This document shows, in pieces, positions 25,964 to 39,483 of a stretch of DNA of 64,000 bases. Below the pieces are notes generated by a model. That model had not been told where the DNA came from and ran no database searches. It worked only from the letters and a program-made list of their open reading frames with translations. The translations under genes and the position numbers were made by a program. The DNA is from Eledone cirrhosa. Its lineage: Eukaryota. The number at the start of each line of letters is the position of its first letter. Positions within the stretch are counted from its first letter, which is position 1. The stretch spans positions 13,888,001-13,952,000 of the forward strand of contig OZ024766.1 in assembly GCA_964016885.1 (NCBI GenBank), read 5' to 3'.

Positions 25964-27437
25964 AAGGTAAAGGGGATGCTCTGGAGAGGAGCAATTATAG
26001 GGGCATAAAGCTGATGGATCAGGTTATGAAAGTGGCAGAGAGAATATTAGCGCAACTGATTAGAGAAAGGGTCAATTTAGATGAGATGCAGTTTGGTTTT
26101 GTGCCTCGGAAAAGTACAACAGATGCCCTCTTCTTAGTGAGGAAACTACAAGAGAGGTTCTTAGAGAAGAACAAGCAACTATACTTAGCTTTTGTTGACC
26201 TAGAGAAGGCCTTTGATAGGTACCCCGATCTGTCATCTGGTGGTCCCTAAGGAAACTAGGTGTAGAGGAATGGCTTGTGAGGACAGTGCAAGCTAAGTAC
26301 AGGGGTGCTGTCAGTAAAGTGAGAATAGGAATGGAGTTTAGTGAGGAATTGCAGATGCAAGTAGGTGTAAATCAGGGTTCGGTCCTCAGCCCACTCTTGT
26401 TCATTATAGTCCTCCATACCATAACAGAGGAGTTTAAGATTGGATGCCCATGGCAACTTCTCTATGCTGATGATCTGGTTCTTATAGCATAATCAGTAGA
26501 GGAGCTAGAGAATAAATTCTGCCTATGGAAACAGTAGTTGGAATTAAGAGGCCTGAGAGTGAACATAGCTAATACAAAAGTGTTGATGAGTAGAAAAGAG
26601 GACAATACTCTGATTCCATCAGAGAAATGGCCATGTTCGATATGTAGGAAAGGAACTGGCATAAATTCCATAAAATGCAGATCTTGGGTACACAAGAGAT
26701 GTAGTGGGATAGTAGGCAAACTAAGAGGTAGGGAAAACTACATATGCAGTAGATGTACAGGGACATTTGACAGTAGGAGTCGCAGTGATAGACACATTTT
26801 TCAAATACAGGTGGGTTCTATAGAAGTGGTTGATAGCTTCCGGTACCTAGGTGATCAGATTAGCATGGGAGGGGGATGTTCCAAGGCTATAGTCTCCATA
26901 ATAAAGACGGGTTGGAAGAAGTTTAGGGAGCTGCTTTCTCTGTTGACAAAGAAGGGTTTCTCCCTGCATACGAAAGGGCGGTTATATGATGCCTGTGTGA
27001 GATGCGCGATGCTGCATGATAGTAAGACATGGGCCGCAACTGCAGAGGATATGCACGGCTGGAGAGAAATGAAGCAAGCATGCTCTGTTGGATGTGCAAT
27101 GTCAACGTGTGTGAACGACCAAACATAGACGAGTTGAGAAAGAAACTGGGTATAAGCGGGATAAGTTGGGTGTGCAAGAGAGAAGACTGAGATGGTATGG
27201 ACATGTGATGCGCATGGAGGATGACCCCTGGGTAAAGAAGTGCCAAGAAATCCCAGCAGAAGGAAGACGCAGAAGAGGTAGACCACGTAAAACATGGGCG
27301 GAGGGGGTGAGAGAAAACCTGAGATCACTGAAATTCACAGAGGAGATGACGGAGAACCGTGACAAGTGGAGAGATGCTGTGCTGAATAAGACCTGTCCCA
27401 TCCTTGCAAGCAGGGAAAAACGGACGTAAAATGATGA

Positions 27438-27440
<3 letters not shown>
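25962..27440 (+). mobile_element. 5'-truncated RTE-X-like LINE (RT to 3' end)
   Basis: KGKGDAL..NYRGIKL, DLEKAFD, YADD, WPCSIC, RLRWYGHVMR; (ATG)n tail. Confidence 0.9.
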
Positions 27441-27511
<71 letters not shown>

Positions 27512-27689
27512 TAGTATTCCAGTGTTTAGGGAGAGACCGATAACATTGTTAGAACTTATTGCAGCCTTGAAGAGATGGTTTCAACAAGATTGGGTGGTGA
27601 AAGTTATAGTTTTTGTAGAAGGATCTCATCACATAAGGTTCCTTCAAAGATTCTTCTAGAGTTACAGAGTCATTTATATATATGTATGT

Positions 27690-27945
27690 GTTTTGAACAA
27701 TGAAAGTAAAACTTGAGACAAAGATATGTTCTTAATTAGTTCACTGTTTTACGATCATTTCAGAGGTTTGATTGATCATGGTAGATTGATATATTGACAA
27801 ACAGGTAGTTGTTATGTCACTAAATCCCTGATCAATCACACCGTATCAATATATTGATTTACCATGATCAATCAACCCTCTGAAACGATCGTAAACAATG
27901 AACCATATCTCAGACTTTTGTTTTATTTTCAATGTTCAATACCCA
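27690..27945. mobile_element. Diverged MITE-like inverted repeat
   Basis: TTTACGATCATTTCAGAGGTTTGATTGATCATGGTA versus TACCATGATCAATCAACCCTCTGAAACGATCGTAAA. Confidence 0.7.
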
Positions 27946-28329
27946 CAAACACACATATATAATTGATAATTTCTTTGGAATAATTTATGAGACTTGTGGC
28001 TGGAACAAAGTACCAGCCAGACAGAGGGTGACCTAGTGGTGAAACAGCACAGTAGATAGAGCTATTAACCCTGTAGCATTTACATTACTCTATATTTACT
28101 ATTATATTTTCATGGTAAAGTCTTTATCTCACATAATATTGAATCTATGAGACTTTGATATTACTTATTTTGAGGACAATACATTAACATCAATATGAGC
28201 AGCGAGTTACAGCCGGTTTGAACAGAAAGAGGTGAGAGAATTCTGGCTGGATACGGCCAGTTTAAATGATAAAGGGTTAAAGACAAGTGACAGGCATGGA
28301 AAGACTGGAAAAATAAGGGTATCAGTCCA

Positions 28330-29685
28330 GGACCAGGTAGCTAAGAGAGAAGCTAGAAGACAGGTAGACATAACACAGAGAGAGAGGCTGAAAAAAGAAA
28401 GTTTGCCAAAGTCTTGAGACGTTAGAATCAGAGGTGTGAAGTGTTCCACGTTGCAAGACAGGGAAAGGTGTGTTAGAAATGACACTGGTACACTTAGCAC
28501 CACTGATGCTCAAAAGAGGCCTGGAAATGTTACTATGAGAGATTGATGAATGTAGAGAAGAAATTAAGAAGCAATCTTAGACTTTTGTTTTATGTTCATT
28601 GTTCAACACACACACACATATAATTGACATTCTCTTTGGAATTACTGATGAAACTTGTTAGTGACACAACTACAAAAGAGGTTCCTAGCCAAGATTAAGC
28701 TGCAATATTTAGCTTTCATAGATCTAGAAAAGGCCTTTGGCAGAGTACCTTACTCTGTTATCTGGTGGTCCTTCAGAAATTTAGGTGAAGAATGGCTTAT
28801 GAGAGCAGTGCAAGCCATATACAGAGGAGCTGTCAGTAAAGTGAGAGTAGGAAGGGAGTTTAGTGAAGAATTCAATGTACAGGTAGGTGTTCATCATGGT
28901 TCAGTTCACAACCCACTGCTGTTCATCATAGTTCTCCAGGCCATAACCAATGGGTTTAAGACTGGCTGTTCACAGGAAACAGTCTATGTGAATGATCTGG
29001 TCCTTATAGCTGACTCCATAAAAGAACTAGAGAATAAGTGACCCTACTGCATATGTAGAAAAGGAGTAGGCATAAAATGTACACAATGATAGCTTCTGCT
29101 ATCTAGGTAACCTAATTAGTAGTGGAGGAGGGTGCTTCGTAAGAGAGGATAGGATTGAAGTTTAGAGAGCTACTTCCACTGTTGGCAAATAAAGTTTCTC
29201 CCTACGTACAAAAATGTTGGCTGTACAATGCTTGTGTGTAAAGTGCAATACTGCATGGAAGTGAAACATGGGCAGTAACTGCAGAAGACATGCATAAGCT
29301 GGAGAGAAATGGAGCAATCATGCTTCGTTGGATGTGCAACGTAAATGTGAGAGGAAGGCAGAGCTTGGATAAAATGAGGAAGAAATTGGACTTCAGAGGA
29401 AACCGAAGTGGTGTTCAAGAGAGAAGACTGCTTTGGTAGGGATATGTGATATCCATGGATGGTGATCACTGGTTAAAGAAGTGCCACGGAATACCAGAGG
29501 AGGAAAGCCATACTAGAGGTAGACCAAGGAAGACCAGGGTAGATGTGGTGAGAGCTGATCTCAAATTGCTGAGACTCACAGAGGAGATAACGAAGGAACA
29601 AGCGAGTGGGGAGATGTTCTGCTTAAAAGAACCCATCCAACTCATGCCAGGATTGAAAAACGGACGTGAAACTATGATGATGATG
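28330..29685 (+). mobile_element. Older, decayed RTE-X-like LINE
   Basis: DLEKAFGRVP, RGRPRKT and (ATG)n tail; many stops and deletions. Confidence 0.8.
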
Positions 29686-29744
29686 TAGATGAAGTAAACT
29701 AACTCTAAACAGATTTCGACTAAAACGAACAAAACTTCCCTGAA

Positions 29745-30068
29745 ACAACAAGGTACAGCTAAATATAAACTATATTTTATAATGTAAAGTAGTGAACCAC
29801 ATAATTAAATAGACGGAGGTAACTTAAATAATAAAAATATCTTTAATTTACTTAAAGCAATAACAAGGTACAGCTAAATATAAACTAGATTTTATAATGT
29901 AAAGTAGTGAACCACATAATTAAATAGACGGAGGTAACTTAAATAATAAAGATATCTTTAATTTACTTAAAGCAATAACAAGGTACAGCTAAATATAAAA
30001 TATATTTTATAATGTAAGGTAGTGAACAAGATAATTAAATAGACGGGGGTATTTTAAATAATAAAGAC
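29745..30068. repeat. 115-bp tandem repeat, about 2.8 copies
   Basis: AACAAGGTACAGCTAAATATAAA at 29747, 29862 and 29977. Confidence 0.9.
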
Positions 30069-30405
30069 AGTCATGATAATATATTTTATATCACATGTAA
30101 CAGTGGAATCGGTTAATTACTGGATCGTTGAAGAGTTCACGTAATTCTATAATTTACACACATTAATATAGACATTAAGTAAATCTTTGTCAACTGTACA
30201 TGGCTTGCACTGCTCTCACAAGCCATTCTTCTACACCTAAAAGCGGAAGAGGAGGCGCTCCATTTGTGTCAGAGTTGGGCCGGGACAATATTTCCCAATT
30301 CCACTTAATTCCATTAAATATTCAATCTTGGTCGAAATAAATATTTTCATCGGTGACGATCTGTACAACCAATAATAGTAGGAGTCACGTTACATGATAT
30401 ATATA

Positions 30406-30481
30406 CAGGGTGTCCCTAAAATATGTATACACATTTACATAGACTGTAGTTGAAGTGTGTATACATTTTAGAGAGACCCTG
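30406..30481. mobile_element. Tiny Tc1/mariner-type MITE
   Basis: TA|CAGGGTGTCCCTAAAAT...ATTTTAGAGAGACCCTG|TA inverted termini with TA flanks. Confidence 0.7.
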
Positions 30482-31366
30482 TATATATTTTATATATACA
30501 TATATATGTTAAAAGATGATTGATATATATATCTACACACAAATGTATATTTATATATATATATATAAATATATATAAATATATGTATATATATATATAA
30601 AGATATATATACTCTTACGTGTATACGTCTGAAAATGTATATATGTATGTAAACACATACCTAAAAATGCATGTATACATATAGATGGACAGTTATACAT
30701 ATACAATAACTTATTTCTATACATATACCACAAGGCATGGAGCTGCCAACTAACCAGATCTCCCTCATAATGGACCAGCTAGATCCTAAAATACAGGCCT
30801 GCTAGCCAACACACAGTCCCAATAAATGTAAGTTACAGTGCAGCTATCTGGACAGACTTAAGACTACACATTATCCTACTACATCTTTTGTATACTATAT
30901 ATATACTGTATATATACTGTTTATATATATAATTATACATATAATTGTGTATTCACACATTATCTTAGTAATGAAATAATAATTTTAGTAAATTGTTCAA
31001 AATTCTTCATTAACCCTTTTCGTAGAAACCCAGCCAAAATAGGTTCTCCTTCTATGGAAATGGTTCCTATCTAAATTAAAGTCTTCCAACGAAATTCTAT
31101 ATAACAACCATATGTTAAGTTACTATGTTAGTAATTAACTAACAATTGTGATAAATAGCCCAACATTATTCATAATTAATTGAAATACAAGGTTCATAAT
31201 TATAATAAAATCTTCGAACAGGCTACGAAGCCGGTAAACCTTAAAGGTACGCAACACACACGTCGCTATAGCGTTTCACCAGCCCCCTCCTTCCTCAATC
31301 ATTACATAGATGTGTGTGTATGTACTAAATATTTTGTATTGTGTGTCTATTTATGAATATGTATGT

Positions 31367-31820
31367 GTAGATGTGTGTGTGTGTAACACAGTAGATGTGT
31401 GTGTGTGTAACCCAGTAGATGTGTGTGTATGTCACTCAGCAGATGTGTGTGTATGTAACTCAGCAGATGTGCGTGTATGTAACACAGTAGATGTGTGTGT
31501 GTGTAACACAGTATATGTATGTGTATGTAACACACTAGATGTGTGTGTATATATAACACAGTAGATGTGTATGTAACACAGTAGATGTGTGTATATGTAA
31601 CACAGTTGATGTGTATATATAACACAGATGTGTATGTAACACAGTAGATGTGTATATATAACACAGTAGATGTGTATATATAACACAGTAGATGTGTGTG
31701 TATGTAACACAGTAGATCTGTGTGTATGTAACACAGTACATGTGTGTATGTAACACAGTACATGTGTGTATGTAACACAGTAGATGTGTGTATGTAACAC
31801 AGTAGATGTGTATGTAACTA
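31367..31820. repeat. Minisatellite GTAACACAGTAGATGTGT(GT)n
   Basis: Direct inspection. Confidence 0.9.
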
Positions 31821-32354
31821 AAGTGTAACGTACGTTACGAATGGACAACTAAAAGGTTTTAACTTGTTTTTTAACAATTGATGGTGGAAAAAAATTTAAA
31901 TTGTCTCAATTCAGACCATAAAGGGCCGCAACACACGGTGTTTGACACACTTACCGGCCACATAGCCTCGGAGTCTATTTTACTGAGACCGGCTACATAT
32001 CTTCTTCCTAAAATCTTCCAACATAATTTTATACAAGAACCACATGTTAAGTTACTAATAAAATAATTAATAATTAAAAACTTCAGTAAATCCTTCAAAT
32101 GATATCTCAGTAATGAAATAATTAATAATTGTTATAAATACCTCAAAATTCCTCATTAATTAAACCCAAGACAGGTAAAAACTCCAGAGTCTTTCAATCG
32201 GACATGAAACAAATTAATTTCTAATGGAAGAAGTAAAGATTTTAAAGTCAGCCAAGGGAGATCACTCTCAGCGACTTATTGTAATTCTTGTTCCTGAATT
32301 AATCCGGATTAAAATATTCCGGTGTATTTTGTGTGGAGGAAACCGGATTTAGGC

Positions 32355-32670
32355 GGTGATAGCACGCAGTACATGAACGTATGGTTCGTGAGTTCGAATC
32401 CCAGACCGGGTGGTCTGTACGTCGGGGCCTTGAACAAGACACTTTATTTTTCATTGTTTTATTTCACCCAGCTGGCAAAGATAAGTTGTAATAATTATAG
32501 TGGAAACGTTGTTACATAGAATTGTCACACTGAATCTCCCTGAGAAGAATGTCAACGGTTTACGTGTCAATGAAATACTCAGACACATTATAATATAAGA
32601 TGGGTTCTACATGTATTTCAAAGGGAAGCGATGCCATATGTCTTGCTGAATCTCCCTGAGAACTACGTAT
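32355..32670 (+). mobile_element. Diverged tRNA/CORE-like SINE
   Basis: GAGTTCGAATCCC B box and CCTTGAACAAGACACTT core; related minus-strand pieces at 40360-40820 and a + copy at 53336-53590. Confidence 0.65.
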
Positions 32671-32676
32671 ATACTA

Positions 32677-33565
32677 GTGACTATCAGACATAGTGTATCT
32701 AGGATTACATTATCTAATGTACAGTACAGTAGTTAGTATTAGTGGCTATAAGACATAGTATATCTAGGACTACATTATCTAATGTACAGTATAGTGTCTA
32801 TCAGACATAGTGTATCTAGGACTACATTATCTAATGTACAGTATAGTAGCTATCAGACATAGTGTATCTAGGACTACATTATCTAATGTACAGCATAGTA
32901 GCTATCAGACATAGTGTACCTAGGACTACATTATCTAATGTACAGTATAGTGGCTATCAGACATAGTGTATCTAGGACTACATTGTCTAATGTACAGTAT
33001 AGTGGCTATCAGACATAGTGTATCTAGGACTACATTATCTAATGTACAGTATAGTGGCTATCAGACATAGTGTATCTAGGACTACATTATCTAATGTACA
33101 GTATAGTGGCTATCAGACATAGTGTACCTAGGACTACATTATCTAATGTACAGTATAGTGGCTATCAGATATAGTGTACCTAGGATTACATTATCTAATG
33201 TACAGTATAGTGGCTATCAGATATAGTGTACCTAGGACTACATTATCTAATGTACAGTATAGTGGCTATCAGACATAGTGTATCTAGCACTACATTATCT
33301 AATGTACAGTATAGTGGCTATCAGATATAGTGTACCTAGGATTACATTATCTAATGTACAGTATAGTGGCTATCAGACATAGTGTATCTAGGACTACATT
33401 ATCTAATGTACAGTATAGTGGCTATCAGACATAGTGTATCTAGCACTACATTATCTAATGTACAGTATAGTGGCTATCAGACATAGTGTACCTAGGACTA
33501 CATTATCTAATGTACAGTATAGTGGCTATCAGACAGTGTATATAGTGGCTATCAGACAGTGTATC
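32677..33565. repeat. 52-bp tandem satellite, about 16 copies
   Basis: AGTGGCTATCAGACATAGTGTATCTAGGACTACATTATCTAATGTACAGTAT with period 52. Confidence 0.95.
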
Positions 33566-34000
33566 AGGGCAACCTGGAGAAGAAGAATATGGAAGATAAA
33601 GGAGCCCTCAGCCAGTAACAAATTTAGAGATATTTTGTTTGATACTTTTCACAGTAAAGAAGAAGATATAGAGACTCAGAAGATAGAGGAGGTGTTGGTG
33701 TTATATATATGTATGCTCTGATGGATGAGCAGCATTAGGAAACTGAGGGAATAAGTTGCTATAAGAGAAAGTAGATGTAGTGTGCTAGAGAGAAGACTAC
33801 GTTGGTATGGACATGTGATGTGTATGAAAGATAGCAGCTGCATAAAGAAATGGAGAAAAACTGATGTGGTTAGGACCATTGGAAGAGGCAGACCCAGGAA
33901 GACATGGGATGAGTGTGTGAAGACCTTAAAAGACCTCACAACAGAAATGACAAAGGACCACAAGAGCTGGCACTATGTTATGATAGTGAAGACCTGGTCA
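33565..34000 (+). mobile_element. RTE-X-like LINE fragments
   Basis: RRRIWKIKEP and RRLRWYGHVM..GRPRKTW. Confidence 0.75.
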
Positions 34001-34164
34001 ACAGCATACACTGTGGCCTGACCTAACCCCTTATCTTCCCTCTCCCTAGCACTCCCTAACAGGTATTTCTCACTACACCACCCCCACTCCTTATCTGCTG
34101 CCCCCTTCAAAACCTCTAGAACCCCTCACAGTTCACAATCTAGTAGACACTCCCCTCACTGTTA

Positions 34165-34620
34165 TGTACTCCATCCATGCCCCCTCCACTAGTACTCCCT
34201 AGCAGCTCTCCTCATCTCCACTAAATACCCCCACTCCATCCATGCTACCTCCACTAGTACTCCCTAGCAGCTCCCCTCATCTCCACTAAATACCCCCACT
34301 CCACCCATGCCCCCTCCACTTACTCCCTAGCAGCTCTCCTCATCTCCACTAAATACCCCACTCCATCCATGCTACCTCCACTAGTACTCCCTAGCAGCTC
34401 TCCTCATCTCCACTAAATACCCCCACTCCACCCATGCCCACTCCACTAGTACTCCCTAGCAGCTCTCCTCGTCTCCACTAAATACCCCCACTCCATCCAT
34501 GCCCCCCTCCACTAGTACTCCCTAGCAGCTCCCCTCATCTCCACTAAATACCTCCACTAGTACTCCCTAGCAGCTCCCCTCATCTCCACTAAATAACCCC
34601 ACTCCATCCATGCCACCTCC
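34165..34620. repeat. About 62-bp C-rich minisatellite
   Basis: CCACTAGTACTCCCTAGCAGCTCTCCTCATCTCCACTAAATACCCCCACTCCATCCATGC repeated about 7 times. Confidence 0.9.
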
Positions 34621-35609
34621 CTCGAGTATTTATCCCTTAGCTTCTGTCTCCCCCAATATAAACACTTAGAACCCTTCACTATCACACCTTAGTAGCTACC
34701 ATGCCCCCTTCCCTATCCCTCTGCTATTCTCTCCATCACTACACCTCCCCGTTTCTGACATTGGAGAGTGCCACCCCCACCACTTTGGTGTTCTCATCTC
34801 CATGGAAAAAGACAGGAGACAGGTGAAGAGGACCCTTCAGTGGTGTCAAAGACAGGACAATGTTCCTAGTGTTGGTGATCTACAAGATAAACACACCCAC
34901 TCCATGCTATAAAGTTGGTGCTAGGAAGGGTATCCAGCCATAGAAAGCTTGCCATACAAAGTGCTGGGAGGACCCTTCAGTAGTGTTAAAGATATGAAAA
35001 CCTCTCCTGTGCACTTGATAGTATGTGAGATCATACATAAGAGAGATAACAGACTCCTAACCATCCTGGAAGGTCAGCAGCCATGCATCAGTACTGACTT
35101 AGTCTATCTATACCCATCTATCCCTTACTAGCAAGGTAAGCAGACATTAAAACTATGATGATGATGATAATATATGTATATGTGTGTGTAGTGAAAGAAA
35201 TGTTTTCCCACAGTCTTCTCTTATGGACATGGCCACCAAAAAGTGACTTGTGACCTCGCAGAGAAGACAACAGTTCAATTTTCTGGAGGCTAGGTTTACA
35301 GCACCATTCCTACAAAGGAGAACATATTCTGGGGCCATCTGTTATTTATCAAAAATAACTAGCTGTCATTATAAATAGGCTGTCCTGTGGTCCTAACTCA
35401 GTCATCTGGCTCTTCATATAAACACAGCTCCCTTGCCACTGCTTACTACTACCTCTACTGGTACATACTGTCTGACTACTACTTGTCAATTTTTAATCAA
35501 ACATTGCATATTAAACAAAGATTCTCCAGTACAACACTATATTCATTTGTAAATATACAACACTATATTCATTTGTAAATACTACAATCAAACATTATAT
35601 TTATGATAT

Positions 35610-35800
35610 GAGGGTGGGGAATTGGCAGTATCGGTAGAGGGTTGGACGCCATGCTTTCTAGCATAGTTACGACCCTTTACAGTCTCAGTTCAAATCCCAC
35701 CGAGGTTAACTTTGCTTTTCATCCTTACGGGGGTCGATAAAATAAAGTACCAGTAATGTACTGGGAAATTGCTGGCCTTGTGCCTAAAGTAGAAACAATT
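35610..35800 (+). mobile_element. SINE family A with TSD
   Basis: Flanked by ATTATATTTATGAT direct repeats. Confidence 0.8.
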
Positions 35801-36094
35801 ATATTTATGATTTGAAGTAATCAGATTTTTTTACCTTTTTGCTGAAGTGAAGTAAACTTATATCTAACCAGAATTATTGGTATTTGTCTTGTTTATCATC
35901 CTCTTTCATAACAACCACTAACTTCCCTTCATGTCTACACACAGCCACATGTCTAATTCTCTTAATTTAAAATGTTTAAAAGTGAGTTGGCTGCTATTTC
36001 TAGCACATCGAGTAACAAGGTAAGAGACTGCTTCGTTGATATGTAATAATTATTTTATTGGTGATGTTTGTTTTACCAGGTGTTGGACAGTAGT

Positions 36095-36212
36095 CACACT
36101 GGAGAGAAACCCTGGGAAATATTTTGGCAGTAACAAGGTTTTAACTGTTAACAAGAGAACACACATTGGAGAGAAGGTATATCACGTTGAAATATGTGGG
36201 AAATCTTTTGGT
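36095..36212 (+). pseudogene. C2H2 zinc-finger array remnant
   Basis: HTGEKP and KRTHIGEKVYHVEICGKSF linkers, with frameshift and lost zinc ligands. Confidence 0.65.
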
Positions 36213-37204
36213 ATGGACATGTGATGCACATGAAGGATGACATCTGCATAAAAAGATACAGGGAACTTGAGGCTGTAGGGTGCCTCAAAAGAGGAAGACC
36301 TAGGCAGAAGTAGGATGTAATGACAAAAGGCCAACCTGGCTCAGCTGAACCCTCTCAATGGAGATGATACAGGACTGAGATCTCTGGTACTACAACATAC
36401 AACAAAGGACCAGAGTGAACCTCACGATGTGCAAAGCATGGTGCGGCCAATTGGCCTGATATCCCTCATAATGGGACCTCTCAGCTCCCAAATTACGGTT
36501 CCCCTGTGAACAGCAAGGCCAGCTGGCCAGACATTCCCCAGAACAGTGCCACCCAGTTCCACACTGTAAAAGTGGTTGGTACTAGGAAGGGCATCCAACA
36601 ACTGTAAAGACACAGCCACTACATAGTCAAAGCATGAGAGAACTGAGAGAGAACTAGGCATAAGAGAGATCAGATGTCGTGTGCAGGAGAGGAGATTGTA
36701 GTGGTATGGGGTGTGTATGGAGGGTGACAGCTGTATACATATATTTAGGGCTCTCAAAGTTGATGGTAGCTCTGGAAGAGGAAGACCTAGGAAAACTTCG
36801 AAGGAAGTGATAAAAGCTGACCTCAAAGGAGACGACACAGTATTGAGATCTCTGGATCATGCTGTACTTCAGAAGACCTGCCCCACCTCCCATGTAAAAT
36901 GATATGAAACAAACATGTAGAGTACACACTAATCTGCACCAATCTTCTCCCTACACCTCACCATTCACCCAGTCCACACTGTAATGTGGTTGGCATTAGG
37001 AAGGGCATCCAGCTGTAGAAACCAAACCAAAATACAGATCCATGTGAACAAGACATGTTTCATAACATGACACCTTGTCTAACATATCAAGTGTCAAATA
37101 CCAGACGTTAAATGATGATGACTATGATGATGATATACACATATATATATATTTTTGTGTGTGTATACAGAAATAATATATACACTACTTAATTACAGAT
37201 ATAT

Positions 37205-37530
37205 TCTCAGACCGGGTGATGTGTTGTTTCCTTGAGCAAGACACTTTATTTCACATTGCTCCAGTTTACTCAGCTGTAGAAATGAGATGATAGGACTGGG
37301 ATCCCTATCATTCCACTGCAAAGTGGTCGTAGAGGTGCCACAGCAAACAAAGCACCCAGCCCACACTGTAAAGTGGACATGTAGGCGCCACGGAAAAAAA
37401 GCACCCAACACTCACTGTAAATGAGGTTAGTGTTAGGAAGGGCATCCAGCTGTAGAAATCAAGCCAGGATCAGTTCCCGTCCCACCCTTGCAAGCAGGGT
37501 AAAAGCGGACGTAAAATGATGATGATGATA
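37205..37530 (+). mobile_element. 5'-truncated SINE family B
   Basis: Matches 19590-19857. Confidence 0.85.
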
Positions 37531-37769
37531 TACACATATATATATATATTTGTATGTATATATATGTGTGTGTGTATACAGAAATAATATATACACTACT
37601 TAATTATATATATATATATATATACAACATATCACAATAAATCAAATAAATTTAACAAACGACTGAATCTACCAAAATAGAATATTTTATTTATTTATAA
37701 TTTGGTGATAAACAAATATTTGGTAAAAGTAATTCTTCTCTTTTTCACACTTTCTTTCCATCCTTTTTC

Positions 37770-37857
<88 letters not shown>

Positions 37858-38094
37858 AGGGTATAAAGTGGTGGTGTAAAGTGATAGAGTTGCTGCCACA
37901 ATAAAATACACCTTGTTCACTCTGTAAAGTAGTCATGAGGGTTCCACAATAAAATGCACCCTGTCCACTCTGTAAAGTGGTTGTCATTGAAAACGTCATC
38001 CAGCAATGTCTGGTCCCGTTTCATGACAACACAAGCCATCCAACTAATGCTAGAATGGAACACAGATATAAGATGATGATGATGATGATAGAGA

Positions 38095-38300
38095 CTAGTT
38101 TTTCTCTGAATCTAGGCAACGAAGAGCATCATAACATTCTGCTGTGTCCAGAGCTTCTTTCAGAGTGGCTATGGTGCATTCTTCTGGTTCACACTTTTCA
38201 CTCCATTTGAGCAACATATGTAAAGCCTGTTTCACAACATCATTAGGATTGTTAAGCTTGATTGTGTCAAGTTCAATAGCTGGAACTCCTAATTGAATAC
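38095..38300 (-). CDS. ANK-RING-Death gene, coding exon 6 (Death domain C-terminal part, TAG stop)
   Basis: TTTTACAG acceptor, phase 1; GIQLGVPAIELDTIKLNNPNDVVKQALHMLLKWSEKCEPEECTIATLKEALDTAECYDALRCLDSEKN*. Confidence 0.88.
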
Positions 38301-39411
38301 CTGTAAAATATAAAACAATAACAAACCAATACTACAACAACAATAACAACATTAAACAAATTAGTTATATAAAATATGTATACCACAGGTTGTTGTAAAT
38401 AACAAATTAACTAGCTGTAGAGTAATAGAAATAATTAACATAAACATTCTAAAATATTGTTGTATGTTTCCAAGGATACCGACAAAAATAAAGAAGTTGA
38501 AGTGAGGAGAAGAAAGAAGAACAAGATTAAAGAAAATAGACTTGAGAAAATTATGGCAAAGAAATGGCAGAAGTTTTTGTATTGTCAGAACTTGTTCAGA
38601 ATTTAAATATCCAACATTGATAACCAACATTCCCAACATGTCATCCATAGGAAAGGTTTAAAGGATGAGATTGAAGACCCCTCAATAACATCACAAGATC
38701 AGTGTCTGAAATAGTCAGGGTTCTGCCTAAAATCTACCAAGACGTCAATGACAAGTGACAAATATTTCCTCATCCTCGCTACTAAACTTAATAGACATGT
38801 TGAGTAGCACCAAGGTGGCTCTCTTGGAGTACATGATGGCTAGAGGTATGGCTTGAGGGATCAAGACTCCTACAGTTCTGTGATGTAAATGACTTCAAGA
38901 TATCAGCCAGTCATTTGATCAGGTAGACATACAAGCTAGATTAACTTTATTCTCATCAGAAAACAAATAGACAGATGGTTGTAAACATTAAATCTTTTTC
39001 CAGAGAAGGAAGCCTTTGATAGAGAGTGTGGACAAAGGAAGACCATAACCTTAACAATAAGACTACACCATCTCATAAGACAAAGATGACTGAAGAATGA
39101 AGGAGTAACAATCTCTAGGAAGAATGTAGGGTGGTCACACCTGGAACACCCTCCATTATAAATCTGCAGATCATGGCAGAACCGAGACTAAATAACAATA
39201 ACAACCTATCTGTAGATTGAATGTTTCAATAAAAACAAACAAAAACATTCCCATTAACTCACATGTTTACCCCAATACACCAACAGATTTTTATTCCCTG
39301 TTTTAGAAGACAATATTAGTTATATTGTGTCTTCTAATTTATCCATTTTTACCAATTCAGTTAAAAGTAAACTTTATAGAAATCAACAAGATACTGTAAT
39401 CTTATACTCAC

Positions 39412-39483
39412 CAGCTTTAAACCAGTCACTCACTAATGTTTTCGCTACCTTTAAAAGGACTTTCACAGTTATCTGTTGAGACC
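39412..39483 (-). CDS. ANK-RING-Death gene, coding exon 5 (Death domain helices 1-2)
   Basis: TTTTCAG acceptor, G|GTGAGT donor, 72 nt, phase 1-1; SQQITVKVLLKVAKTLVSDWFKA. Confidence 0.85.

Noticed and set aside
30177-30360. Exon-like segment on the minus strand
   Set aside because: Contains stops and a GVEEWLVRAVQAMY LINE fragment
32677-33565. CRISPR-like regular repeats (also 62086-63133 and 15780-16125)
   Set aside because: Contiguous tandem units with no unique spacers, no cas genes, and a eukaryotic context
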